NCBI GenBank assembly: GCA_035646835.1
Contig: DASROP010000147.1
Location: 1-53,779 of the forward strand
Length of the DNA stretch: 53,779 nucleotides
Source: Actinomycetales bacterium
GTDB taxonomy: Bacteria; Actinomycetota; Actinomycetes; Actinomycetales; DASROP01
Direction: 5' to 3'
The notes beneath the pieces are model-generated. The model made no database searches and was not told the origin of the DNA. It saw nothing but the letters and a program-made list of their open reading frames with translations. Position 1 is the stretch's first letter, and each line of letters starts with the position of its first letter. Below are positions 46,113 to 53,779 of the stretch, one piece after another. The position numbers and the translations under genes are program-made.

Positions 46113-46772
46113 CTACGGCTCGATCAGTCCCGCTCGGATGGCGTACCTGGTCAACTCGGTGCGATCTCGCATGCCGAGCTTCTGAAGCATGTTGGCCCGG
46201 TGCCGTTCCACCGTCTTGAGGCTGATCGTCAGGATCTCGGCGATCTCCTTGGAGGAGCTGCCCTCCGCCACCAGCTTGAGGACCTCGTCCTCCCGCGGGG
46301 TCAGCACCTTGGCCGGCACCCGTTCTCCACGACGCACTCGCTCGAGGTAGTTGCGGACCAGCGCGCTCATGGCCCCTGGGTAGAGGAACGACTCACCTCG
46401 CATCGCCGCGTGACACGCCTCCACGAGGTCCTGGTCGGCCACGGACTTCAGCACGTACCCGGAAGCCCCTGCCCTCAACGACTCGAAGAAGTACTGCTCG
46501 TTGTCGTACATGGACAGCATGAGGATCCGTGGCCGTGACCGCCCCCGGGAGATCTCACGCGCGGCCTGCAAGCCGGTCATCCTCGGCATCGCCACGTCGA
46601 GTACCGCCAGGTCGATCTCCTGGTCCCGCGCGAGGGCCACTGCCTCCGCGCCGTCACCGGCCTCGGCGACCACGGTGAGGCCCGGATCACTGTCCAGGAT
46701 CAGGCGCACCCCACGCCGGACGAGACCGTGGTCGTCTGCGAGCAGGATCCGAGTCGTGCCGGCTGGGGTCAT
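46113..46772 (-). CDS. NarL/LuxR-family response regulator
   Basis: Receiver ILLADDH...DVAMPRMTGL. HTH TPREDEVLKLVAEGSSSKEIAEILTISLKTVERHRANMLQKLG. Confidence 0.9.
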   Translation of the reverse strand: MTPAGTTRILLADDHGLVRRGVRLILDSDPGLTVVAEAGDGAEAVALARDQEIDLAVLDVAMPRMTGLQAAREISRGRSRPRILMLSMYDNEQYFFESLRAGASGYVLKSVADQDLVEACHAAMRGESFLYPGAMSALVRNYLERVRRGERVPAKVLTPREDEVLKLVAEGSSSKEIAEILTISLKTVERHRANMLQKLGMRDRTELTRYAIRAGLIEP

Positions 46773-47755
46773 GGCTTCGCCCGGACGGGTAGGACCAGGC
46801 GCACCTCGGTGCCTCCACCGATCCGCGGACCGACGTTCAGTTCCCCATCGACCAGCAGTGCTCGTTCGCGCATGCCGCGGATACCGGCACCTTCGGGCCG
46901 GCTGCCAAGTCCGCGGCCGTTGTCGGCGACAAGCAACGCGACACCATCGCCCTGCTTGCTCAACGAGAGCTCCACGGTGTCGGCGTTCGCGTGCCGGGCC
47001 GCATTGGTCAGTGCCTCTTGGGCGACCCGGTAGATCACCAGCTCTGTCTCCGGCGTGAGCCCCGGTAGGCCGGGAGCGAACCCGCGCCGGACGTGCACGC
47101 CGCTGTGCGTGGACAGGTCCGTCGCGAGGGCGGACAGCGCGCTGAGCAGGCCCAGGTCCTCGAGCACGCCCGGTCGCAGCCGGCGGGCCACGTCCCGGAC
47201 CTCGTCCAGGCTGGAGCGAGCGGTCTCCTGCACCAGGCGCAGCTCCTCGGCGATCTCGTCGGGGGCCCGGTCGACAGCCCGTTTGAGGCCCAGGAGCACG
47301 ACGGTCAGACCTTGACCCACTTCGTCGTGCAACTCCTGCGCGATCCGGTGACGTTCGGCCTCCTTCGCTGCCAGGGCCATCGCGTTGCTCCTGCCCCGCT
47401 CGGTCTCGAGGCGCTCGAGCATGGCGTTGAAGCTGCGCACCAAGTGCGACACGGCGCCGCTGCCCGCTTCAGGGAGCCGTTGTCCCGGGTGTCGCATGTC
47501 CACGCTCTCCATCAGCCGGATGAGCCGGTCCAGCGGCGCCAGGCTCGTGCGCAAGAGCAAGGAGTTCAGCACCAAGATCACGCTGAGCCCGATGGTGAGC
47601 ACGACGGCCTCAGAGACCAGCACCCGCGGTGACACCGTGGCCGGGGAGATCGCTAGTGCCGCTGTGCCCACGACGAAGACCATGCCGTTGATGAGGCAGA
47701 CCCTCCAGTACAGCGGTAGACGCGAGAAGGAGTTCACTCCTGCAGCCTCACCCAT
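46769..47755 (-). CDS. Sensor histidine kinase (HAMP + HisKA_3 + HATPase)
   Basis: Two TM helices, HAMP-like VSHLVRSFNAMLERLE, H-box AQELHDEVGQGL, and TNAARHANA...DNGRGL. ATG at 47755. The longer listed ORF upstream is Ser/Arg/Thr-rich and implausible. Confidence 0.78.
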   Translation of the reverse strand: MGEAAGVNSFSRLPLYWRVCLINGMVFVVGTAALAISPATVSPRVLVSEAVVLTIGLSVILVLNSLLLRTSLAPLDRLIRLMESVDMRHPGQRLPEAGSGAVSHLVRSFNAMLERLETERGRSNAMALAAKEAERHRIAQELHDEVGQGLTVVLLGLKRAVDRAPDEIAEELRLVQETARSSLDEVRDVARRLRPGVLEDLGLLSALSALATDLSTHSGVHVRRGFAPGLPGLTPETELVIYRVAQEALTNAARHANADTVELSLSKQGDGVALLVADNGRGLGSRPEGAGIRGMRERALLVDGELNVGPRIGGGTEVRLVLPVRAKP

Positions 47756-47879
47756 CCCTGAGTTCGCTGTCCACGAGACAGCACCTGTCTCGCAAGAGTT
47801 GGGTGGCACCACGGATATCGCAGCCCCCGCATGCGGGAGAGACTTGCCGCACAAGACGACTGCGACGGAGGGGATAAGG

Positions 47880-48482
47880 GTGCATACCGCGACTGCCCGT
47901 CTCGCGGCCGGGACGGGCCTGGATCTGCCGACAACCGGCTGGTTCTGGATCGCGATGGGTGCGACAGCGCTGGTGGTTCTGGCCGGCTTCTCCGTGCGGG
48001 TCGTGTCGGAGCACGAGCGCATGGTGGTGTCGCGGCTCGGTCGCGTCGTGGGTGTCCGCGGCCCTGGGCTCGTCCTCCGGCTACCGGGTCTCGAGCGGCT
48101 CACCCCCGTGTCGCTGCGTCCGGTACACCTGCCACTGTTCGTGATGTCCACGACTCGCGACGGTGTGCAGGTCCGCCTGCTGGCCGACGGCCTGTACCGG
48201 GTCACGGATCCGTCGCGGTCGACGAGCGCGTCCCCTGATGCGTTCGGCGCCACCTCCCGCGCGCTGGAGAGCGGACTCTCCAAGGAGGTCGCTCGCACCG
48301 ACCTGGCGGCCCTGCTCATCGCCCGTGAGCGCTTCGAGTCGCAGCTTCCTCTCGACGTCACGACACTCACCGCGACCTGGGGCGTCGAGGTGTGCGCGCT
48401 CGAGATCACCGACATCGAGACCCGGCTCACGGCTGACCTGTTGCACGGCGTGGCCCGGCAGACCGGGCCAGGTGATCGGTAG
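47880..48482 (+). CDS. SPFH / band-7 (stomatin-like) domain protein
   Basis: TM helix then VRVVSEHERMVVSRLGRVVGVRGPGLVLRLPGLERL...WGVEVCALEITDIE. GTG at 47880 with GGAGGGG 7-13 nt upstream. Confidence 0.72.
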   Translation: MHTATARLAAGTGLDLPTTGWFWIAMGATALVVLAGFSVRVVSEHERMVVSRLGRVVGVRGPGLVLRLPGLERLTPVSLRPVHLPLFVMSTTRDGVQVRLLADGLYRVTDPSRSTSASPDAFGATSRALESGLSKEVARTDLAALLIARERFESQLPLDVTTLTATWGVEVCALEITDIETRLTADLLHGVARQTGPGDR

Positions 48483-48525
48483 TGCGCCGGCTCCTCACGC
48501 CACCTCCCACCGGCACCGTGCGACG

Positions 48526-50124
48526 GTGAACCCGTCCGACCTCAACCTCGTCCTGCTTGCCGTCACAGCGGTGCTGCTCGCCGGGGTGGCGGCGGTGCGG
48601 ATCTCGACCCGGGCCGGCCTGCCCAGCCTCCTCCTCTACCTCGCGATCGGCCTGGTGATCGGGGAGGCGGGCATCGGGCTCGGGTTCGAGGACACCGATC
48701 TCACGATGGTTCTGGGCTCCATCGCCCTGGCGGTGATCCTCGCCGAGGGTGGGTTCACGACGCAGTGGCACGTGATCCGTCCCGTCGCCGGACTCTCCGT
48801 CGTCCTGGCGACCGTTGGTGTCGCCGTCAGCGTCGCGGTCACAGCGGGCCTGGCCTACGTCGCGCTCGACGTGGACCTGCGCACGGCGGTCCTCCTCGGT
48901 GCCGTGATCTCGTCGACGGACGCTGCGGCCGTGTTCTCTGTGCTCAGGAGGATTCCGCTCCAGCGGAGGGTCCGCGCCACGCTCGAGGCCGAGTCGGGGT
49001 TCAACGACCCGCCCGTCATCATCCTGGTCACCGTCGTCACCTCTGACGCCTGGGAGGAGGCCAACGCGCTGACGATCGGGGGGATGATGCTGTACCAGCT
49101 CGTGGTCGGCGCGGTCCTCGGCCTGCTCGTCGCCCGCGCCGGGCAGTGGATGCTGTCGAGGAGCGCCCTCCCCTCGGCCGGCCTGTACCCACTGGCCACC
49201 ATGGCGATCGCCTTTCTTGCGTTCGCGATCGCCGGCCTGGCCGGCGGCAGCCCTTTCCTCGCCGTCTACGTCGCGGGCCTGTGGCTGGGGAACGCCACCC
49301 TGCCCCACCGCAACGCGACGACGGGATTCGCGGAGGGGCTCGCCTGGCTCGCCCAGATCGGGCTGTTCATCATGCTCGGCCTGCTGGCGAGTCCCAGCCG
49401 TCTTCCCGACGCACTCCTCCCGGCCCTCATCGTCGGCGGCGCCTTGCTCCTGGTCGCCCGCCCGCTCTCGGTCCTGCTGTGTGCCACGCCGTACCGCATC
49501 CCGTGGCGAGAACAGGCGTTCATGTCCTGGGCCGGACTGCGGGGGGCCGTCCCCATCGTCCTCGCGACCATCCCGATCACCGTCGGGCTCCCTTCCGCGC
49601 AGAAGATCTTCGACGTCATCTTCGTGCTGGTCGTCGTGTTCACCCTCATCCAGGGACCCACCCTGCCGTTCGCCGCACGGCTCCTCGGTGTCGGCGAGCC
49701 GGGGGCGACCCGTGAGGTGAACATCGAGTCCGCGCCGCTGGAGGAGATCGACGCCACCCTTCTGCAGTTCGCCGTTCCGGACGAGTCCAGGCTGGCCGGG
49801 GTGTACCTGTCAGAGCTGCGACTTCCCGGCGACGCCGCCATCACCCTCATCCTGCGGGACGGCGAGATCTTCGTTCCGGACGACAGCACGATCCTCCGCA
49901 CTCACGACCATCTGCTGCTGGCCACCTCCAACCAGGGCCGAGCCGCCACCGAGCGTCGGCTCCGGGCGGTGAGCCGCGCCGGACGGCTGGCGACCTGGCA
50001 CGGCGAACGCGGCGACCCCGTAGACGACAGCCCACGCCGACCGCCGGTCGACGGTGCCCCTGAGGTCGCCGGCGCAGAGCCGATGTCCGGAGTACAGAGG
50101 CTTCGCGCCGAACAGGCCCGGTAG
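48526..50124 (+). CDS. K+/H+ antiporter (CPA1, NhaP2/CvrA-like) with a C-terminal TrkA-C domain
   Basis: About 11-12 TM helices. AESGFNDPP motif. C-terminal RCK_C-like ...LSELRLPGDAAITLILRDGEIFVPDDSTILRTHDHLLL. GTG start at 48526. Confidence 0.82.
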   Translation: MNPSDLNLVLLAVTAVLLAGVAAVRISTRAGLPSLLLYLAIGLVIGEAGIGLGFEDTDLTMVLGSIALAVILAEGGFTTQWHVIRPVAGLSVVLATVGVAVSVAVTAGLAYVALDVDLRTAVLLGAVISSTDAAAVFSVLRRIPLQRRVRATLEAESGFNDPPVIILVTVVTSDAWEEANALTIGGMMLYQLVVGAVLGLLVARAGQWMLSRSALPSAGLYPLATMAIAFLAFAIAGLAGGSPFLAVYVAGLWLGNATLPHRNATTGFAEGLAWLAQIGLFIMLGLLASPSRLPDALLPALIVGGALLLVARPLSVLLCATPYRIPWREQAFMSWAGLRGAVPIVLATIPITVGLPSAQKIFDVIFVLVVVFTLIQGPTLPFAARLLGVGEPGATREVNIESAPLEEIDATLLQFAVPDESRLAGVYLSELRLPGDAAITLILRDGEIFVPDDSTILRTHDHLLLATSNQGRAATERRLRAVSRAGRLATWHGERGDPVDDSPRRPPVDGAPEVAGAEPMSGVQRLRAEQAR

Positions 50125-50193
50125 CGGACAGGAACTGGCCTCTACGACGCCTAGCGTCGGGGCGTTCACACCGCCACCGAGAAGGAGCCAGCC

Positions 50194-50577
50194 ATGGACA
50201 TGAAGATCGAGCTCATCTTCGTCCCGGTCACCGACGTCGACCGGGCGATCGAGTTCTACCGCGACAAGGTCGGGTTCACCCTCGACATCGAGGCCAGGGT
50301 CGACGAGAACACGCGCTTCGCCCAGCTGACCCCGCCCGGCTCCGCCTGCTCGATCGCGATCGGTGAGGGCATCTCCGAGATGCCGCCCGGCTCGCAGGAC
50401 GGCATCCAGGTCGTGGTCGAGGACGCCGAGGCGGCTCGCGCGTACCTCGTCGAGCGCGGCGTCGAAGCCGGCGAGGTGCAGGTGCTGGCGTGGGGGTCGT
50501 TCACCGGCTTCACCGACCCCGACGGCAACACGTGGGCCCTGCAGCAGCTGCCGCCTCCCGGTTCGTACGACAGCTGA
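50194..50577 (+). CDS. VOC / glyoxalase family protein
   Basis: 127 aa. ...VPVTDVDRAIEFYRDKVGF...F.DPDGNTWALQQ is typical of glyoxalase-fold proteins. Confidence 0.82.
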   Translation: MDMKIELIFVPVTDVDRAIEFYRDKVGFTLDIEARVDENTRFAQLTPPGSACSIAIGEGISEMPPGSQDGIQVVVEDAEAARAYLVERGVEAGEVQVLAWGSFTGFTDPDGNTWALQQLPPPGSYDS

Positions 50578-50597
50578 CGGGGGATAGCGTCGTCGGC

Positions 50598-51374
50598 ATG
50601 CTGATCGGTGCACACGTTCGGGACGACGACCCCCTGGCTGCCGCTGCGGAGTGCGGCGCCGGGGTGGTCCAGTTCTTCCTCTCCGACCCGCAGGGGTGGA
50701 AGAAGCCGCCGGCGCACCCGCAGGCCGAGGCGCTCGTCGCGTCCGACGTCGCCGTGTACGTGCACGCGCCCTACGTGCTGAACGTGGCGTCGACCAACAA
50801 CCGCATCCGGATCCCCTCGCGCAAGACGGTCATGCAGCACGCGACGGCGGCGGCCACGGTCGGCGCCCGCGGGCTGATCGTCCACGCCGGCCACGTCACC
50901 CAGAGCGAGGACCCCGCGGAGGGCTTCGCCAACTGGCGCAAGTTCGTCGAGCGGCAGGCGGCAGAGGGCGGCTTCGACACGCCGATCCTGATCGAGAACA
51001 CCGCCGGCGGCGACAACGCGATGGCCCGCCGCTTCGACGCCGTCGCCCGGCTGTGGGACGCCGTCGGCGAGTTCGGCGTCGGGTTCTGCCTGGACACCTG
51101 TCACGCGTTCGCCGCGGGCGAGGACCTCGACGGCATCGTCGACCGCGTGAAGGCGATCACCGGCCGCGTCGACCTGGTGCACCTCAACAACTCCCGCGAC
51201 CCGTTCGGGTCGTCGCGCGACCGGCACGCCAACATCGCCGATGGCACCATCGCGCCCGAGGTGCTGGCCGGCGTCGCCGCCGCGGCCGGCTCCCCGGTTC
51301 TGGTCGAGACGCCGAGCGAGGGCCAGGCCGCCGACATCGCCTACCTACGTGAGCAGCTGGCCGCCCGGTCCTGA
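50598..51374 (+). CDS. nfo: Deoxyribonuclease IV (endonuclease IV, AP endonuclease family 2)
   Basis: YVHAPYVLNVAS, LIVHAGH, LIENTAG, CLDTCHAFAAG and HLNNSRD metal-ligand motifs. Confidence 0.88.
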   Translation: MLIGAHVRDDDPLAAAAECGAGVVQFFLSDPQGWKKPPAHPQAEALVASDVAVYVHAPYVLNVASTNNRIRIPSRKTVMQHATAAATVGARGLIVHAGHVTQSEDPAEGFANWRKFVERQAAEGGFDTPILIENTAGGDNAMARRFDAVARLWDAVGEFGVGFCLDTCHAFAAGEDLDGIVDRVKAITGRVDLVHLNNSRDPFGSSRDRHANIADGTIAPEVLAGVAAAAGSPVLVETPSEGQAADIAYLREQLAARS

Positions 51375-51399
51375 GCGCCGTGGGGCGCCGCCACCGTGA

Positions 51400-52053
51400 T
51401 CAGAGCCGGACGACGGGTCCCACCGTGGCGATCCGCCGGCGCCGGCGCAGCTCGTCGAGCCGGTCGATCTCCCGCTCGTACGGAAACAGCCCCCACACCA
51501 CGCTCTCGGGGACACCGGGCGCCAGGTCCTTCTCGGTGACCCGGTTGCGTGTCACCCGGATCACCCAGAGCCGCCTCGTGTCGCGTCGACAGGCGGCGAT
51601 GACGCCGTTCAGCTCGTGGTCGAAGGTGAAGCTTTCGAAGCAGGGCAGGCCCGAGCGGCTCGCCGTCGCGCCTGGCTTCATGAAGTGGTCGATCAGGTAG
51701 CGCATCCAGACGGTCGGCTCGTAGAACTTCTCGTGCCCGTCGTCGCTGAGGCAGCAGCCGTCGGGGCAGGGGACCCACTGGCACCGCAGCTGCGGCTGAC
51801 CGCGCGCCGGCCGGTTGAACCGCTCGGTGCCCGCCCCCTCGGAGATCGGCCCCCGGACGTTCGGGGCGCCGGTCTCCGGGTCGGGCTCGCCGAGGACGAC
51901 CGCGTCGTCCCGCGGGTTGTCCGGCACCTCGTACGGCCCGCCGGGGCGGTCCCAGCGGCGGCTCTCGCTGAACGCGGTCAGGTACTCCACCTCCGCCGGG
52001 TTCAGGGGCGGGGTGATCTCGATGTGTCCGAGGAAGTCTGTCGAGTAGCCCAT
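51400..52053 (-). CDS. Conserved hypothetical protein with a Cys cluster
   Basis: ATG at 52053 with GGAGG 6 nt upstream. MGYSTDFLGHIEITPPLNPAEVEYL... and CQWVPCPDGCC. I recognise no family. Confidence 0.55.
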   Translation of the reverse strand: MGYSTDFLGHIEITPPLNPAEVEYLTAFSESRRWDRPGGPYEVPDNPRDDAVVLGEPDPETGAPNVRGPISEGAGTERFNRPARGQPQLRCQWVPCPDGCCLSDDGHEKFYEPTVWMRYLIDHFMKPGATASRSGLPCFESFTFDHELNGVIAACRRDTRRLWVIRVTRNRVTEKDLAPGVPESVVWGLFPYEREIDRLDELRRRRRIATVGPVVRL

Positions 52054-52210
52054 CGGTGCCTCCAGGTGTCGCGTTTGAGCTGGTCGGCAGAGAGCATGGC
52101 GCCGTCCAGAGGCGGGATGGGGGTTGTCCACAGGACGGCGGACTCGACGAGTGGCGCCCGAGTCTGTGGACAACGCCGGACCGGACGGCGACCCGGTGCA
52201 GCATCGGGGG

Positions 52211-52732
52211 ATGGCCCCGTTCCCGATGCCCACGACGACCGCCGACCCCGAGCCGCGCCCTTCCCAGCTCCGTGATCCGGCCCGCTTCCTCACACAGTTG
52301 TCGACCGTGCTGTCGATGACGCCCGGGACCATCGTGTCCCTCGTCCACCTGCCGACGACGAAGCAGGCGCTGTGCGCCGCCGTCCGGATCGACTGGGCCG
52401 ACGTCAAACCCACCGACCAGATGGACGCCGACCTGAGCCGCACCGCCCGGTCGGAGCTGCTCCACGACGTCGCCCACGACCTCTGGGGGTCCCTGCCCAC
52501 CGCCCGGGGTCGACCGGAGCACGCGTTCGTAACCGTCGTCGCGAGGCCGGGTCGTGTCGTCTTCGGGCCGCCTGAGTACCGGGTTCTCAGCGGCTGGCGG
52601 TACGCGAACCACCTGCTGCCCGCGTTCCAGGGCGACCTGCTGCTCGTCACCCCGCACGGCTGGCGGGCGTTCATCGACGACAGCTGCGGCACTGTCCCCG
52701 CCCTCGACGACGAGGCATCATGGGAGGCGTGA
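52211..52732 (+). CDS. Hypothetical protein (start uncertain)
   Basis: The ORF is open from a TTG at 52124. The first ATG is at 52211, after a G-run. The 3' end overlaps the Uma2 gene start by 13 nt, which suggests co-transcription. Confidence 0.4.
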   Translation: MAPFPMPTTTADPEPRPSQLRDPARFLTQLSTVLSMTPGTIVSLVHLPTTKQALCAAVRIDWADVKPTDQMDADLSRTARSELLHDVAHDLWGSLPTARGRPEHAFVTVVARPGRVVFGPPEYRVLSGWRYANHLLPAFQGDLLLVTPHGWRAFIDDSCGTVPALDDEASWEA

Positions 52733-53271
52733 CCGGTGACATCGAGATCGACCGTCGCTTCACCGTCGATGAGCTGGAGGGTCTGCCCGACGACGGACGG
52801 CGGTACGAGCTGTCCGACGGGTGGCTGCTCGTGAGTCCGATGGTCCGTCGGCTGCACCAGGTGGGCTGCAAGAACCTGGCGCGGATTCTCGACGCGAGCT
52901 GTCCCGGGCACTTGTATGTGTTCCCGTTGCCGATCAACGTCGACGACCCGGACCGGACCCACTTCGAGCCGGACCTCACGATCGTCCGTCGCGAGTTCGC
53001 CACGATCGAGAACGGTGACGTCCCGCTTCTGGTCGCCGAGGTGCGCTCGCCGTCGACCGCCGGGCGAGAAGCGGTCCTCAAGCGCTCCGGTTACGCCCGG
53101 CTCGCGGTCCCCCACTACTGGCTGGTCGACGTCGACGAACCGAGCGTCCGCATACTCCGCTGGCGTGCCGGTGGCTACGACGAGATCGCGTTCGCGGCCG
53201 GGGACGAACCGGTGACCGTCACCGAGCCGTTCACGGTGACGGTCGTGCCGTCACAGCTGGTCCGGGTCTGA
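52720..53271 (+). CDS. Uma2 family (DUF820) PD-(D/E)xK endonuclease
   Basis: YELSDGWLLVSP, ...FEPDLTIV..., VPLLVAEVRSPST and VPHYWLVD are the standard Uma2 motifs. Confidence 0.82.
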   Translation: MGGVTGDIEIDRRFTVDELEGLPDDGRRYELSDGWLLVSPMVRRLHQVGCKNLARILDASCPGHLYVFPLPINVDDPDRTHFEPDLTIVRREFATIENGDVPLLVAEVRSPSTAGREAVLKRSGYARLAVPHYWLVDVDEPSVRILRWRAGGYDEIAFAAGDEPVTVTEPFTVTVVPSQLVRV

Positions 53272-53384
53272 CTCCGTCGCCGGCGGGGCTCGGTCGCGGT
53301 GGTCCACGCGGACGGCGTTGTCGGTGGCCGTCCTTACAGTCCCGCGCATCAGCCGATGAGGCGCCGCCGGACGAGTGAGGGACC

Positions 53385-53708
53385 ATGGCCGCAACGTGGA
53401 TCGAGGAGCCGCTCGGCCCTGAGCCCGGCCGGAGGCCTCCCCCGGTCACGAGGCCCGAGGGCCCGCGCCATCGTCGGGCTCTTGCTGCGCGCCACCGGCA
53501 TCATCCGGACCGTCGTCCCCCGGCCGCGCCGCTCGTCGGCAGCGACTTCCCCAGCCGCATCGGGCAGCACCCGCTCCTGACCGCCGCCGACGAGGTCGAG
53601 CTGGCGAGGCAAATCGAGGTTGGCGTCCTCGCCGGCGCCAGGCTGTGCTCCGACCCCGGGCAGAACCTGCGGGCGCGCCGTGAGCTACGAGCGCTGGCTC
53701 GCCTCGGC
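53385..53708 (+). CDS. Sigma-70 family factor, N-terminal part only (reading frame runs into the terminal palindrome)
   Basis: IGQHPLLTAADEVELARQIEVGVLA is a region 1.2-like motif. An Arg/Pro-rich leader precedes it, and the start is uncertain. After 53708 the sequence is the reverse complement of what precedes it, so the listed stop at 53732 is not trustworthy. Confidence 0.4.
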
Positions 53709-53779
53709 GCCGAGGCGAGCCAGCGCTCGTAGCTCACGGCGCGCCCGCAGGTTCTGCCCGGGGTCGGAGCACAGCCTGG
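53638..53779. repeat. Perfect spacer-less palindrome (71-nt arms) reaching the window end
   Basis: I checked base by base that 53638-53708 is the exact reverse complement of 53709-53779. The symmetry centre is ggc|gcc at 53708/53709. The palindrome could extend beyond the window. Confidence 0.95.

Noticed and set aside
47385-48430. Overlapping long 5' extensions of the SPFH ORF (from 47385) and of the histidine kinase ORF (up to 48430).
   Set aside because: The extensions overlap each other on opposite strands and are Ser/Thr/Arg-rich with no domains. Internal starts with good RBS or TM-helix logic (47880 and 47755) give proteins of normal size.
53299-53737. ORFs 53299..53580(+) and 53501..53737(-) near the window end.
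   Set aside because: Both overlap the sigma-like frame. The minus-strand ORF is partly generated by the terminal palindrome. Neither shows a family signature.

Overview
This is a 53.8-kb high-GC segment; hand counts of 60-nt samples give about 62-78% GC. It looks like an actinobacterial chromosome: it has a mycothiol-type MDMPI enzyme, a DUF222-HNH gene, and many GTG starts with GTGA/ATGA-coupled operons. All family calls come from motifs I recognise in the supplied translations. No database search was run.

Layout:
- 1-16.4 kb: the 3' end of hrpA, a GNAT + DUF222-HNH pair, a sirtuin, and a glycolate/glyoxylate block. That block holds glycerate kinase, a frameshifted GlcD-GlcF-fusion oxidoreductase, a class-V aminotransferase, IclR, malate synthase A and glcDEF. 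Thioredoxin and pirin follow.
- 16.4-27.1 kb: a DUF885 protein, a large PAS/GAF-PP2C-HATPase signalling protein, DUF3024, a PLP dehydratase, and a 1092-aa RecB-like nuclease/SF1 helicase.
- 27.4-45.1 kb: this reads as a defence/accessory island. In order it contains VapBC, a NarL-type two-component system, a Phd-PIN toxin-antitoxin (TA) pair, a complete four-gene Wadjet operon (JetABCD, TIGR02677-02680 flavour), a second Phd-PIN pair, a TM2-like membrane protein, an HNH_2 endonuclease, an NTase remnant, and a YbjN-like + NERD/SF1-helicase cassette.
- 45.1-53.8 kb: a lipoprotein, a second NarL-type two-component system in a lower-GC patch, an SPFH protein, a K+/H+ antiporter, a VOC protein, endonuclease IV, hypotheticals, a Uma2 endonuclease and a partial sigma-70 gene.

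The window ends in a perfect spacer-less 142-bp palindrome, most likely an assembly fold-back. A TGATCA-centred palindromic repeat family recurs at gene 3' ends. I saw no rRNA, tRNA, CRISPR array, integrase or transposase.

The clearest dedicated system is Wadjet, which is a known family. The best candidates for something undescribed are the YbjN-like + NERD-helicase pair and the HNH_2 endonuclease locus next to it.
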